From Naegleria gruberi (Eukaryota): a stretch of 64,000 nt of DNA. This document shows positions 45,101 to 55,283 of the stretch, one piece after another. Numbering within the stretch: the first letter of the stretch is position 1; the number at the start of each line of letters is the position of its first letter. The stretch is from NCBI GenBank assembly GCA_000004985.1, contig GG738875.1, one strand, 5' to 3'. The position numbers were made by a program, and so were the translations under genes. The notes below the pieces were generated by a model. It saw only the letters and a program-made list of their open reading frames with translations. It made no database searches and was not told the DNA's origin.

Positions 45101-45327
45101 GTGCTATGTATTTACAAATATTTAAAGAACTATTATTGTCCTTAAACAATAGTCAACCACTAATACTACCAGAAACTTTAACCAAAAATCTACTTGATTT
45201 TAATAAGAATATTATTACATTGTTAAAAGAAGAAAACTTGCAGCTTAAAACAAAGAATGAACAATTGGAAATGGAATTGATTAAATTAAGAGAAGAATTA
45301 ACTTTTCTTTCACACAAGAATAAATAG
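42102..45327 (+). CDS. Single-chain Rab5-like GTPase, DUF4116-like repeats and a protein kinase, about 1036 aa: join(42102..42174,42225..42357,42423..45327).
   Basis: Exon 1 [25 protein letters not shown] carries the P-loop GSSSTGKT across a 50-nt GTGAGT...AG intron. Exon 2 is [44 protein letters not shown]. Exon 3 begins [28 protein letters not shown]...[14 protein letters not shown]...[15 protein letters not shown]. The frame then runs straight into about six DUF4116-like repeats ([70 protein letters not shown]...) and a kinase domain ([32 protein letters not shown] in place of [12 protein letters not shown]). It ends in a coiled-coil tail. Confidence 0.75.
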
Positions 45328-45399
45328 AGTTGATCATAATTTATGGTTAAACAAAATGTCAAATATTCACCAGATAGAAATAATCAGCTTAGGAGTTTG

Positions 45400-45436
45400 A
45401 AAGGAATGGCTGCTCTACCAACTGAGCTACGCCAGC
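45400..45436 (-). pseudogene. Truncated tRNA-like fragment (acceptor stem and D arm only).
   Basis: The reverse complement GCTGGCGTAGCTCAGTTGGTAGAGCAGCC matches the first 29 nt of the tRNA-Ile at 41491 and then diverges with no anticodon or T arm. The 5' flank (ttgtaagct) is similar to that of the intact copy. Confidence 0.5.
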
Positions 45437-46241
45437 TTACAATCAATATCTTAGAATGATTAATATGTTTCACTCTAACACAAATTTGTTTTTTCAAACC
45501 AACAGACGCCTTTTCCTTAAATATTCCTTGATAATATCACTGGGAAGATTTAGCAACCCTTCACAAGTCAGTGCACTTGTTTGTAATGCAATCCAATTTG
45601 CCAACATTTCACATACGTGAGTGGCTTGGTAAATTTAGCTCTGATTAAATGTTTGTATTGTTCTGGATCATTTCTCTGGGACTGGATCTACAGGAGTTCA
45701 GTATATGCTATTAACGATCAAACTGAACTGGAGCAGTTACAAATTACACTTGAATTAGAATAAACAATAGACTTCTTTGTAATCGTTCATATACTTGTTT
45801 TGGGAATTGTACTGCTTGTCAATTAGAATAATCTTACTCATCAATTTGTAATGTGTTGATAGACTATGTTCTACATTATTGCTAGTTGATGTTGAGGGAA
45901 CAACATTAAATGTTTTCCATCCTAATAAAATGTCACTGATTCCCATAAAATCAACACAAAGGGTAAATCATTTGTGTAATCCATATTTTTCACAACAGTC
46001 TCCCTATGATAGATGTGTATTCACAATTTGCTTAGACAATAAGCAACAGAAATATAATTGATAAATCTACAGTGTTATGGTGTGGCATTTTTCTATGTGG
46101 TTGTTGTTTCATCTAACGTTAAGAAATTGCTAAGGTTTGGTTGGGAAAAGTGAGATCTCCACAGAAGTTGGTATGATAGATTTTGTTGTGGAATTGCAAC
46201 AGGAAATTGGCAGGTGTTGGATTTAAATAATATTTTACAAT

Positions 46242-47366
46242 TTATTCAGAGCTTGTAAGCTTTGAATCATTAGATAATTTTAAATCATTCTCCATTCTTA
46301 CTCCAAAACGAAATAAAATCTCATCATATTTTCTCTCTCTAACAAAACCAGCAATAATTTCCATTTCACTCTTCTTTAAATCAATGGAACGTTTCAAGCC
46401 TGGAAGCTTGAATTTTAGCTTTTCAAATTTAAATCCACAATTTAATTGTAATTCACGACGAAGAGCCACATGAAAACTATCCACCGATTCAAAATCTTGT
46501 TCTCTCAAGCGGACCAATCTTCTTTCCTTCTTGCTTCTATCATGAACACAAATTATTTGATAATTAACATTGTGTGCTTGTTGATTATTGTGAGTCGATG
46601 ATGATGTTGTGTAGATTGTGGAAAGTACTTGTTGTTTGTTGATGACTTGTTGCTTCTTTGCAGAGGCTTTCTTAATTGCAGCCTTCTTATACTGTGGAAG
46701 ATCTGCTGGTTTCTTCTTCTTGTTAGTAGTGGTGGATTCACTCTTTGTTGTTGATGGAGGTGATGTATTGTTAGATGACGAAGTATTATCACTATCGCTT
46801 GCCAATACACTAGGTGGAAGCATTTGTTCATCATCTACATCAATTACAGCACCAAGATCAACACTCACCACATCATCTTCCATCATCGGGTTAATATCTT
46901 CATCATGATACTGATTATTTTTTAAATTATTATTAATTAAATTATTCTTCTTATCTTCCTTCATCTTTTCTTCCTTGATGGAGAGAATTAAATCTTTAGG
47001 AAGGAAGCCCATTTGCTTTGCGAAATTAGCAATCGGCTCATAGAGTTTGGCAATTAATAAACCTCTGTAGCCATTCCAAGATGCTGGTTTGATTGCTGCT
47101 AGACTACTAGCAAATTCTGCAACAGAATTGATGATCACGCCATCATATAAATCTGCTTGATGCTCGGGAACGATAGCTTGTTGATAGACCATTCTGTTAT
47201 AGCAACCAATGAATGGCTTATCAAAGCCAGATGTCTTGATCAATAATCGACTGTGAGAACATGAAGCATGCTTGAAGCATACTGGACATTTGCCAGACCT
47301 TCTCTCGTATTGGTAAGGTGTTGTGGAAGTGGAGTTCTTGGTTGATGGTTCTGTCTTGGAGGCCAT
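46242..47366 (-). CDS. Hypothetical 374-aa protein. It has a Cys-rich N-terminal stretch, a Ser/Thr/Asn-rich linker and a PB1- or ubiquitin-like C-terminal region.
   Basis: ORF with a caaatacaaATG context. KCPVCFKHASCSHS...GCYN near the N-terminus. The conserved-looking C-terminus is DFESVDSFHVALRRELQLNCGFKFEKLKFKLPGLKRSIDL. Its 3' end is the parent of the fragment at 41500-41640. Confidence 0.45.
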   Translation of the reverse strand: MASKTEPSTKNSTSTTPYQYERRSGKCPVCFKHASCSHSRLLIKTSGFDKPFIGCYNRMVYQQAIVPEHQADLYDGVIINSVAEFASSLAAIKPASWNGYRGLLIAKLYEPIANFAKQMGFLPKDLILSIKEEKMKEDKKNNLINNNLKNNQYHDEDINPMMEDDVVSVDLGAVIDVDDEQMLPPSVLASDSDNTSSSNNTSPPSTTKSESTTTNKKKKPADLPQYKKAAIKKASAKKQQVINKQQVLSTIYTTSSSTHNNQQAHNVNYQIICVHDRSKKERRLVRLREQDFESVDSFHVALRRELQLNCGFKFEKLKFKLPGLKRSIDLKKSEMEIIAGFVRERKYDEILFRFGVRMENDLKLSNDSKLTSSE

Positions 47367-47671
47367 TTGTATTTGTTATTTGTTTTGTTATTGGTTGTTT
47401 TTTTTTGTGTTGGTTTTTAGCAAACGCGTTTGTGTTGCGGGTTTTAAAGCTAGCAGGTTGTGCAAGCAAAAAGTTTTGCTGTGGTGAGTCACCAGGCGCA
47501 ATTATTTTTGTGACCTGCGTATGTGTAAAATTATTAAATTGTGTCAATGCTTCTTTTTTGAATTGGATAGGCTGCTTTTGAATCAGAGTTTATTTATCTA
47601 TCGATTATTAATAGAAAATATAATATTATAGAGCCTGTTGAAACTTTAGGAATATTGGTAAAAAGATAAAA

Positions 47672-47789
47672 GACTACAGCACCACAGGTTCCCAAGTTGT
47701 CTCCAACCTCAGTACTGATGTGGCTCGACGATGCTTAACTTCTCAAATCGGACGGGATGAGGTGCATTCATCGTGATATGGCCGTAGTC
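47672..47789 (-). rRNA. 5S ribosomal RNA gene.
   Basis: The reverse complement GACTACGGCCATATCACGATGAATGCACCTCATCCCGTCCGATTTGAGAAGTTAAGCATCGTCGAGCCACATCAGTACTGAGGTTGGAGACAACTTGGGAACCTGTGGTGCTGTAGTC is about 118 nt. It aligns with the universal 5S features GCCATACCAC..., CCCGTCCGATCTG.GAAGTTAAGC and ...GGTGCTGTAG, followed by a T-run. Confidence 0.85.
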
Positions 47790-48556
47790 ATACCATTAAT
47801 TAAAATGTGAAATATAAATGTATCTGGTTTGAGTTTATTTTAATAAGAAACCGATTCTTGGACATTTTGCATTACCACGAATTGTGAATCGGTTTTGAAT
47901 TCCAATTGAAGTATGTTGTGTGACTACGGAAAAGTGGCATTGATATTTGTGAAATTCCTTCTAGATTAAACAATTGAGCAAACATTGAATGAATCTCTTC
48001 AAGTTAGGCTGTGGTAAACATTGCAAATATTGAGTCAATTTGATATGTAAAGAGTGAAGCTAAGAATGCTTTTAAGATCTTTGATGCTTCTGAAGATGAA
48101 GAAGAAATTGACTTCCAAAATGTGTATTAAATCGAGTTCAACACCTTGTTATCGTAAATCGCATTCTGTTGTAATCACGTTTCCACCTCTTCATCACCAC
48201 AAACAATCACCAATATGTATTAATTTTGGAAATTCATTTGATTTTATTAAGGATTTTCCAATTAATATATTAGGAGAGAAAATAATTTTTGTACACATGA
48301 GAATTATTGGTGTGTTCGAATATTGATATCTTATTCTTATGTATTCAACACCTTGTTGATGATGTTGTTGATGGAGAAGGCTAGTTGGTTGGCTTGTTTT
48401 CAGTGATAATCATGCTGAGTTGGATTGAGAGTGTATTTGTTTTTTTTTGATTTGTTTATTGTAAAGTTACAGAGTGATACGCTTGGTGATTTTTCAAAGG
48501 CTTTCGAATACAAACCTGCAGGAAAATTCGTTAGTCTCAAAACTAGCCATTTAAAA

Positions 48557-49525
48557 ATGAAACTAAAGCAATCATCAACATCTCACTGGTACGAAACATG
48601 TGGAGAAGCCTTTTTTACACAATTACTCATTCCCTTCCTCCATAATCCATCTCAAGAATTAAAATCACTCTCACAAACCTGCCAATTTATTTATCAAACC
48701 TACTCTCAACATTTTGATAATTATTGGAAACGTTTACTATTAAACAAATATTGTGATTTTCAGAAAGGAACATTAGACAGTGAAAAATTGAAAGGAAAAT
48801 TAATGATGCTCTATTATCAATTGGAATATTTTGAAAATCATTTGGAAAAACTTCCAGAATCTTTGATATCTACTTCTGGTCCTATCGGAACGGATTCAAA
48901 ATATGGAGTTTATAGACCATGTTTTATTTCTTCATCTTCTTATGGATATGGTTATGGACAAGGATTCTGTACCATGTTGACCAGTTCATTCTTTTCAGAG
49001 GATTATGATCCAAGAATTTCCATTGATGATTATTCTTATAATTTGGAAATGGACGATTTATTAATTCAAAGAAGAAATATTTCACTATTTCCTGCAGTAG
49101 TCTATGAAGAATACTCTGCTCTTGTGGATAGTTATATTCAAAGGAGTGATGGAATAATTTTCACATTGGTTTTCTATAGAGAATTTCATCCATTCAATGT
49201 AAAAGCGGAAATGGAATCTTTTAGTGGTTTCTACAAGAGAGTGGCCAATGATTCAGATTTATTAAATAGATACATCTTTACTATTGCAATGCACTTTAAA
49301 GAAAATATTCCAGAAAGTGAAAGAAATGATCTTGAGGAAGAATTGAGAAAGTATATTGCGGAGAATTATTGTTTTAAAAATTATTTAATTATCAAATGTA
49401 ATCTTTCTAATAGAGAGCAGGTTCTGAAAACAGTTAGAGAAACTGTGAAAAGATACAGATGTATTAATGTCAATCTATTCTTGAAACATTTTATGAAATC
49501 AGAAAAAAAGTGCCTTCTCATGTAA
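48557..49525 (+). CDS. F-box protein with a C-terminal degenerate Ras-like pseudo-GTPase domain.
   Basis: F-box-like HWYETCGEAFFTQLLIPFLHNPSQELKSLSQTCQFIYQ...DNYWKRLL. Downstream, GYGYGQGFCTMLTSSFFSEDYDPRISIDDYSYNLEMDDLLIQRRNISLFPAVVYEEYSALVDSYIQRSDGIIFTLVFYREFHPF parallels Ras [31 protein letters not shown]...[30 protein letters not shown]. The P-loop (GKS to QGF) and DTAGQ (to FPAVV) are degenerate. Start at M48557 in a ttaaaaATG context. Confidence 0.5.
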   Translation: MKLKQSSTSHWYETCGEAFFTQLLIPFLHNPSQELKSLSQTCQFIYQTYSQHFDNYWKRLLLNKYCDFQKGTLDSEKLKGKLMMLYYQLEYFENHLEKLPESLISTSGPIGTDSKYGVYRPCFISSSSYGYGYGQGFCTMLTSSFFSEDYDPRISIDDYSYNLEMDDLLIQRRNISLFPAVVYEEYSALVDSYIQRSDGIIFTLVFYREFHPFNVKAEMESFSGFYKRVANDSDLLNRYIFTIAMHFKENIPESERNDLEEELRKYIAENYCFKNYLIIKCNLSNREQVLKTVRETVKRYRCINVNLFLKHFMKSEKKCLLM

Positions 49526-50081
49526 ATTATTGATATGCAACTTTCCAATTTTAGATATTTTACAAATCTAGTAATTATCAAAAACTTAAAAACAATTCAA
49601 AAAAAATGAATGAACAAGAAGAGAAAGCAATCAGAGAACATGACAAACAAGAAGAAAACACACGTCTATACTATTTAACACAAGTGCCATTTGTCAGTTC
49701 ATATGGAGGACTTATTGGAGATTGTATGTTTTATGGACATGGAGAAACCTTCTGAATTTTCAGATTTTGACCAATTCACTACATTAGTCAATGTGGATGC
49801 TGAACATTATGCAATTTATTCGATTCGTCAACCAACTGGTAGTTCAAGAGTTTATATGATTAGTGGAAAAACAGCTCTTACAATTGTTGTAATGTCTACT
49901 TCTATTAATTATATCAATAATAATCTGATTCCAAATTTGGTTTTAACTCTTCCAACAAAATACTTTTCACATTTCATTACTCCTCAATTTGTTTATATTA
50001 TTGGAGGAGTGTGGAGATCAGAATGTTTCTGATTCTGGAGGATCAATTGACTCAGCTATTGTATTTCCAATAAGTAATGGT

Positions 50082-50903
50082 TCACTGGTTACAGAAATTG
50101 CAACAAATCCATTTTTCTTTTCGTATGGTGTTGCAAGTTTTTTNNNNNNNNNNNNNNNNNNNNNNNNNNNNNNNNNNNNNNNNNNNNNNNNNNGCCAAAT
50201 AGTAGTGACCAACAGTGCCTGTGATGTGTAAATTTTGATGCAAGACAACTGGCTCACCAGAATATGTTAAAAACTTCACATGAACCGATGAATTCTTGAT
50301 AAAATACTCAATTCCATCCGTCGCTCTATTACTGGGTTTGAACTTCTCTTCTTTATCACTGTCATTTTTGTCATCATCCGAATCTTCATCATCCTCATGC
50401 GCAGAGCTTCCTTCACAGTAGAATCCCAAAACCTCCATCAATCCATTCTTGAAATAATAGTTATGAGCATTCAATACATGACAATTTATCTTGGCCAATG
50501 TTTCTTCATTATCGTGGACCATCAAGTCGTGTTCAAATTCCACACCATCCATAATATATAAATTCCGTAAAAAACCATCCAGTCTATACAAAATTGCTTC
50601 TTTGTCATTTTGCTTTATGATCTTAGAATAATGCTGATGAATATTGTGTAGATAACTCTTCTTCGGAAGGAAATTCTTTGCCTCATATAATTGTTTGCAT
50701 GATGAGAGAAAGTTTACTTGTGTTGTGGGAGATGTTACAAAGCTGAGAATTGTGTCGAGTATTGATGATAGTGATGAAGAATTGAAAAGTTGTTTTGGTT
50801 GTGTAATTTTTCTCTTCTTGTTGGATTCAAATTCCTCCTCACTTGTTGAATCATCAAAATCCTCAACTAGACGTTTTAACATTTTTTCAATATTTTCCTG
50901 CAT
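50082..50903 (-). CDS. Hypothetical acidic protein with an F-box-like N-terminal segment; it spans a scaffold gap.
   Basis: ORF MQENIEKMLKRLVEDFDD...ILDTILSFVTSPTTQVNFLSSCKQLYEAKNF (F-box-like) ...EDDEDSDDDKNDSDKEE. The 50-N gap 50144-50193 falls inside it, so the 3' part is unreliable. Confidence 0.35.
   Translation of the reverse strand: MQENIEKMLKRLVEDFDDSTSEEEFESNKKRKITQPKQLFNSSSLSSILDTILSFVTSPTTQVNFLSSCKQLYEAKNFLPKKSYLHNIHQHYSKIIKQNDKEAILYRLDGFLRNLYIMDGVEFEHDLMVHDNEETLAKINCHVLNAHNYYFKNGLMEVLGFYCEGSSAHEDDEDSDDDKNDSDKEEKFKPSNRATDGIEYFIKNSSVHVKFLTYSGEPVVLHQNLHITGTVGHYYLXXXXXXXXXXXXXXXXXXKTCNTIRKEKWICCNFCNQ
50144..50193. other. Scaffold gap of 50 N.
   Basis: Run of exactly 50 n. Confidence 0.95.
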
Positions 50904-51423
50904 TTAAATCTTCATGAACACAATTGAAAGAAATAATAAATTAATAATGTGTGATTTCATGAAATATTTTGGAAAGTACTGCAGACATTATCTACCACTC
51001 AGAATCTCCGATATTTAAATATCATCAATTATTTTAATAATCAGTTGGCAATAGAATCACCAACTCGGAAATTGTTAAAGTTTTCCTAATTATCATATGA
51101 ATCTGGCACTGATGATGATTTTAGTGAAAACATTGAATTTCACTTAAATATTACTATTTTGTGGAAATAACAATGGTGGTTAGTTGTTCCGATGATGTAC
51201 CAACTTGAATTTTTCTGTTAAATTCCAAAAATTCCTATTATTACTATTATTCAATATTTTCAAAAATCCCAAAAGTATATTGTAGTGAAACATCCTTCTG
51301 CAATCTTGATTTATCTGTCTTTGCTTATACATGAAGTTCACACAGGAGAGTTTAAATAAGGTTAAGTCTATAAAGTTCCACAGAAGGGGCATTGAAATTT
51401 GTCATTGACAGAGTGTGAAGTTC

Positions 51424-53130
51424 TCACATGATTGGTCTAGCTTTGGATTGAGACTGAACTTGATTAATTAAGGCCCTGCAACAATGATAAAGAAGTGCTA
51501 ATCGATCCTCAGAACCATTTTCACACTGCATAAAATCCAAAGAGACACCATGGTCAAAATATTTGGTACAGAAGGTTTGGCAATGTTCTTCAAATGACAC
51601 ATTAGTACCTCTGACTGAGATGTGTTTCATTGCAGCAGCCAAAACTTCCAATATTTTCCTGTCTGATTGGTATCCTCTATCTATTATTTTAAAGCACAAA
51701 TCTTCGATTATTTCATCATTTAACAGTTGCTGTTTGAAATATTTGTCAACCATTTCTAAAGATTCAAGAAATTCTGAAGAGTCATAAAATATACTTCCAA
51801 AATAGGATATGACTTTTTTCTGATAGAAAACAATATCCTCTTCCCTTTTCATATCCACAGGCAACTTATCCAAATCAAATGTTCCATATTCATTGTAAAA
51901 ATCCTTAAAATAGTGGTTAAATGAGCGATTATAGCACACAACAAAGAACGATCTCACAAAGTGATAAGGATGCTCTCCTATCATATAAATTTCATAGGGA
52001 TCAAAATCCTTCAATACTCTTATAAATTTCATTGGATTGGTATTGACATTGTGGTAAATGCGTGTGTGTACAAGTCTCTTAATATCATTAACATCTATCA
52101 TTTCATGATTGTACATTTCTTTAAGCAAATCATATTCATTCTCATTGTTTAGTAAATTTACATCTAATAGGTTAATCTTTTTAACTCTTACAATCTCACA
52201 ATACTTTTTAAGATATTCAAAATTTGGAGGTACATTCAATAATATCAATCTGTTGGTATATCCAATTAGGTTCAAACTATAATCAAATATTATCTCAGAC
52301 ATGCCAGGATATAATATTTCCATACAATCAAACCAGCATTCAAGTCCTAAAAGAGATGGATAAGGAAGTTTAAACATTGATTGAGATGGTAGTGATATTT
52401 TCGATGGATCACTTGCTTTTTTCACATTTCCATCGATTGAAATGTATTCCTTGATAAATTTCAGTAGATTTTCATTCGTTCTATATTTACAAATATACTC
52501 TAACAATTCAGAATCATCAAGTATTGGTTTAAAATTTCTCATAAACTCAATTATTGAATCCGTTATTGTTAGATTGCAAAGATTCAATTTAAACATTGAT
52601 TTTGAAAATTGTGTCCAATATTCCTTAGCCATCAAACCTTCCATTACCCTTCCATATTTTGTAAATTTCTTGGCTTTTGACAAGAAATATTGAGCTATTA
52701 CTCCAGTATGTGTGTAATCAACAATACTATGCTGAAAATCAGTATTCATTTCTTGCAAAGCCTTATTCATCATGATTGAAAAAATAGAATTCAATGCTAA
52801 TGGTATCAACATTTTGAATCGAGTTCCAAAAATTACTGATCTTTCCTCCACATTCTTCATATATTTCACAAATGAATGCTCGTTCACCTTTTCATTCAAA
52901 ATATGTACAGTGTGAAACTTTCTCAAATTATCAGAAACTGTTTTGTAAATTTTGTATTGAACAGATTTTTTAGAGAAGGTTTCCAGCAATTCTTGACAAT
53001 TACGAATCTTGAATAATAACCAATTGGATAAGAGTGTTTTCCAGATTATTTCAAACCGATCGAGTTGATACCATCCCTTGCAGACTAACATACAGGACAT
53101 GCCATCTCTGATGTCCAAATGTTCCATCAC
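51424..53130 (-). CDS. F-box protein of 568 aa; the 5' end is uncertain.
   Basis: N-terminal ...HVMEHLDIRDGMSCMLVCKGWYQLDRFEIIWKTLL has the F-box pattern. An upstream overlapping ORF 53051-53260 (MDNEIIRIIREVEMEQF...KFIPTHT) is in a different frame over the same nucleotides. This suggests a 1-nt indel in a cacaca run or a shorter real start at MEHLD. Confidence 0.5.
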   Translation of the reverse strand: MMEHLDIRDGMSCMLVCKGWYQLDRFEIIWKTLLSNWLLFKIRNCQELLETFSKKSVQYKIYKTVSDNLRKFHTVHILNEKVNEHSFVKYMKNVEERSVIFGTRFKMLIPLALNSIFSIMMNKALQEMNTDFQHSIVDYTHTGVIAQYFLSKAKKFTKYGRVMEGLMAKEYWTQFSKSMFKLNLCNLTITDSIIEFMRNFKPILDDSELLEYICKYRTNENLLKFIKEYISIDGNVKKASDPSKISLPSQSMFKLPYPSLLGLECWFDCMEILYPGMSEIIFDYSLNLIGYTNRLILLNVPPNFEYLKKYCEIVRVKKINLLDVNLLNNENEYDLLKEMYNHEMIDVNDIKRLVHTRIYHNVNTNPMKFIRVLKDFDPYEIYMIGEHPYHFVRSFFVVCYNRSFNHYFKDFYNEYGTFDLDKLPVDMKREEDIVFYQKKVISYFGSIFYDSSEFLESLEMVDKYFKQQLLNDEIIEDLCFKIIDRGYQSDRKILEVLAAAMKHISVRGTNVSFEEHCQTFCTKYFDHGVSLDFMQCENGSEDRLALLYHCCRALINQVQSQSKARPIM

Positions 53131-53372
53131 GTGCCTGAGTGTGTGTCGGGATGAATTTCATGTTGAGCCATTTTTTTTGTAATTGAAAAAGTTTAGAATC
53201 GGCAGTTTCGAACTGCTCCATTTCCACCTCTCTGATTATTCTTATTATTTCATTGTCCAAGAATTACTACTGTACATCTTTTGTTTTTCAGTTCCGATCT
53301 AAATTGATGAGAAGATATGATAGGTGAGAATTTCCTTTTAATTTTTTAATTGAAATTAAATAAATTAAAAAA

Positions 53373-54446
53373 ATGTCTCAACAACCGTCAATGAATCACA
53401 CAACTTGGTTTGATCAAGATTTGCTGTTGGCCAATATATTTCTCTATTTACATCCGTATGAATTATTTGATAATTCTAAATTATCTTCATGTAGAAATGT
53501 TTGTAGATCATGGAATGGTTTAATTTGTGGTGAAGAATTTTGTAAATTTTATTTTGAAAACTCGTTTTGTTGTTATTCGTCCGAACCTTTTATTAATCAG
53601 TTAAATTGTAATCAATTGTTTGATACTTTAGATGATGCACAATTTAATTGTTTTATGGATGAGGATGATGATATTCAAGAGGTAAAGCCTATTAATACGT
53701 TAACAATTCAAGAATCTATTAAACAATTTGAACATGTGGCAATTACTAAAATTGGATATGAATTCAATAATTTAAATTGGAAAAATAATTTTTACAAACG
53801 ATTTCTAACACTAATTGCATATTTAAAAGATATTGATTCTGCAATTTGGAGTGTAACTGAATCATTATTAAAACCATTAGATGATTCAAAAGTATTTAAA
53901 TTAAATAATTTATTGAAAAAGTGGAAACTATCAAAATTATTATCCAGTAATATATTTGAAATCAATGAAAAGACAATGTTATTTTTTAATGATGATGGAA
54001 TACCATATGTATTAAGATCCATTCGTAAAAGATTAATTCTTGACAACATTGAGATTATGAACAATATTAAATTTGGATTTGACAAGGAAAGGATCACTAA
54101 AGTCCTTCCACAACTTGACAAAAAACAAGACCAACAAGTGTTGTGTGATGTAATGTGTGGATTATTTCCAAAATTAGTAGAAAAAAAGAAGAAACTACTA
54201 ATTAAAAGGCCACTAACAGAATTCATGATGTTTGTCAGGAGTGAAAGAGAAAAAATTAAACAAGAAAATCCTACAATAACTAATATGGATATTATTAAAA
54301 AAATGGCACACATTTGGAAAGAAATGGATGATAATGAAAAGCAAATTTATGTTGAACAAGCAATTCAAGAAAAATTGAAATATCAAAAACAAAAAGAAGA
54401 ATTCATTTATTGTATTAGTGGATTAGATGAAAATGTTAGTGAATAA
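53373..54446 (+). CDS. F-box plus HMG-box protein, 357 aa.
   Basis: The aaaaaaATG start is followed by the F-box LLLANIFLYLHPYELFDNSKLSSCRNVCRSWNGLI. The C-terminal HMG box is KRPLTEFMMFVRSEREKIKQENPTITNMDIIKKMAHIWKEMDDNEKQIYVEQAIQEKLKYQKQKEEF. Confidence 0.65.
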   Translation: MSQQPSMNHTTWFDQDLLLANIFLYLHPYELFDNSKLSSCRNVCRSWNGLICGEEFCKFYFENSFCCYSSEPFINQLNCNQLFDTLDDAQFNCFMDEDDDIQEVKPINTLTIQESIKQFEHVAITKIGYEFNNLNWKNNFYKRFLTLIAYLKDIDSAIWSVTESLLKPLDDSKVFKLNNLLKKWKLSKLLSSNIFEINEKTMLFFNDDGIPYVLRSIRKRLILDNIEIMNNIKFGFDKERITKVLPQLDKKQDQQVLCDVMCGLFPKLVEKKKKLLIKRPLTEFMMFVRSEREKIKQENPTITNMDIIKKMAHIWKEMDDNEKQIYVEQAIQEKLKYQKQKEEFIYCISGLDENVSE

Positions 54447-54668
54447 GAGGATGGCAAGAATTAACATTATTGAGGGACCAATAAATAGTAATTTTTATTG
54501 GTGAATGTGTTGTTATGGCTGGTGGAAAGTAACCAAAAGGAGAACTCTCCATGTTGGCTTCGCAAGGTTGTATTAATACCTATTTAGGGTGATGAAATCA
54601 TTCTTTCAAAATCAAGACCATATGGATTCAGAGATTGTGGATAATGACAAGAAAGCAAGTCTAAACTC

Positions 54669-55283
54669 TCAAAATACAACAATTCTCTTATTGTCATAAT
54701 CTGAAAGAAATATTTTCCCTCCTTTTCTGTCAATCGCCAATCCTAATGGTTGACTAAAATGAATATTCTCTGCGTCTTCAATTGTATGTATCAATTTCCA
54801 TTCATTTTCGTTCATTTCATCATAAATAAAACATGTATTATGAAAAAGTTCAGCAACAAGCATTCTTTTTGGATTGATGAAAACAATATCCGTCACTGTT
54901 TTGATTTTTTCAAGCTTCAACTCTTTAATGACCTTTCCATTCACAGTATCTATTATATCCATAGCTCCTTGGGAAGCAATAAATCTGAATAATTGTTTCT
55001 GATTTCCAATTATTCTAATTGCCATTCCGTACAAATGATTTCTTTCAATTTTTCAAATACAATCAGCACTTGATCCTAATCTCATTAAATCCTTCACTCT
55101 ATATTTAAAAGTATACATATCCTCTCCAAAATAAATAGCATCATTTTGTTCATGATCAAAATTCTCTTCAATTAACAAGCCAGTCACCCCTCCTTCAACA
55201 AAAAAGGCTCCTAAATATTCATGATTAGTCAAATCAAAAAATTTCACTTCAGAATTTGAATCATCAGAGATTGACACAAACAA
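54669..55283 (-). CDS. Short NHL-repeat or beta-propeller-like protein, two exons (54669..55034, 55053..55283); possibly a fragment.
   Basis: The NHL-like C-terminal repeat FSQPLGLAIDRKGGKIFLSDYDNKRIVVF. A second upstream ORF with a short gap suggests an intron. No long ORF continues downstream. Confidence 0.3.

Noticed and set aside
49607-50080. Short plus-strand ORFs (for example 49691-50032) as a gene.
   Set aside because: They show fragmented frames, no recognisable domain, and an adjacent gap. They may be remnants, but I cannot support a gene model.
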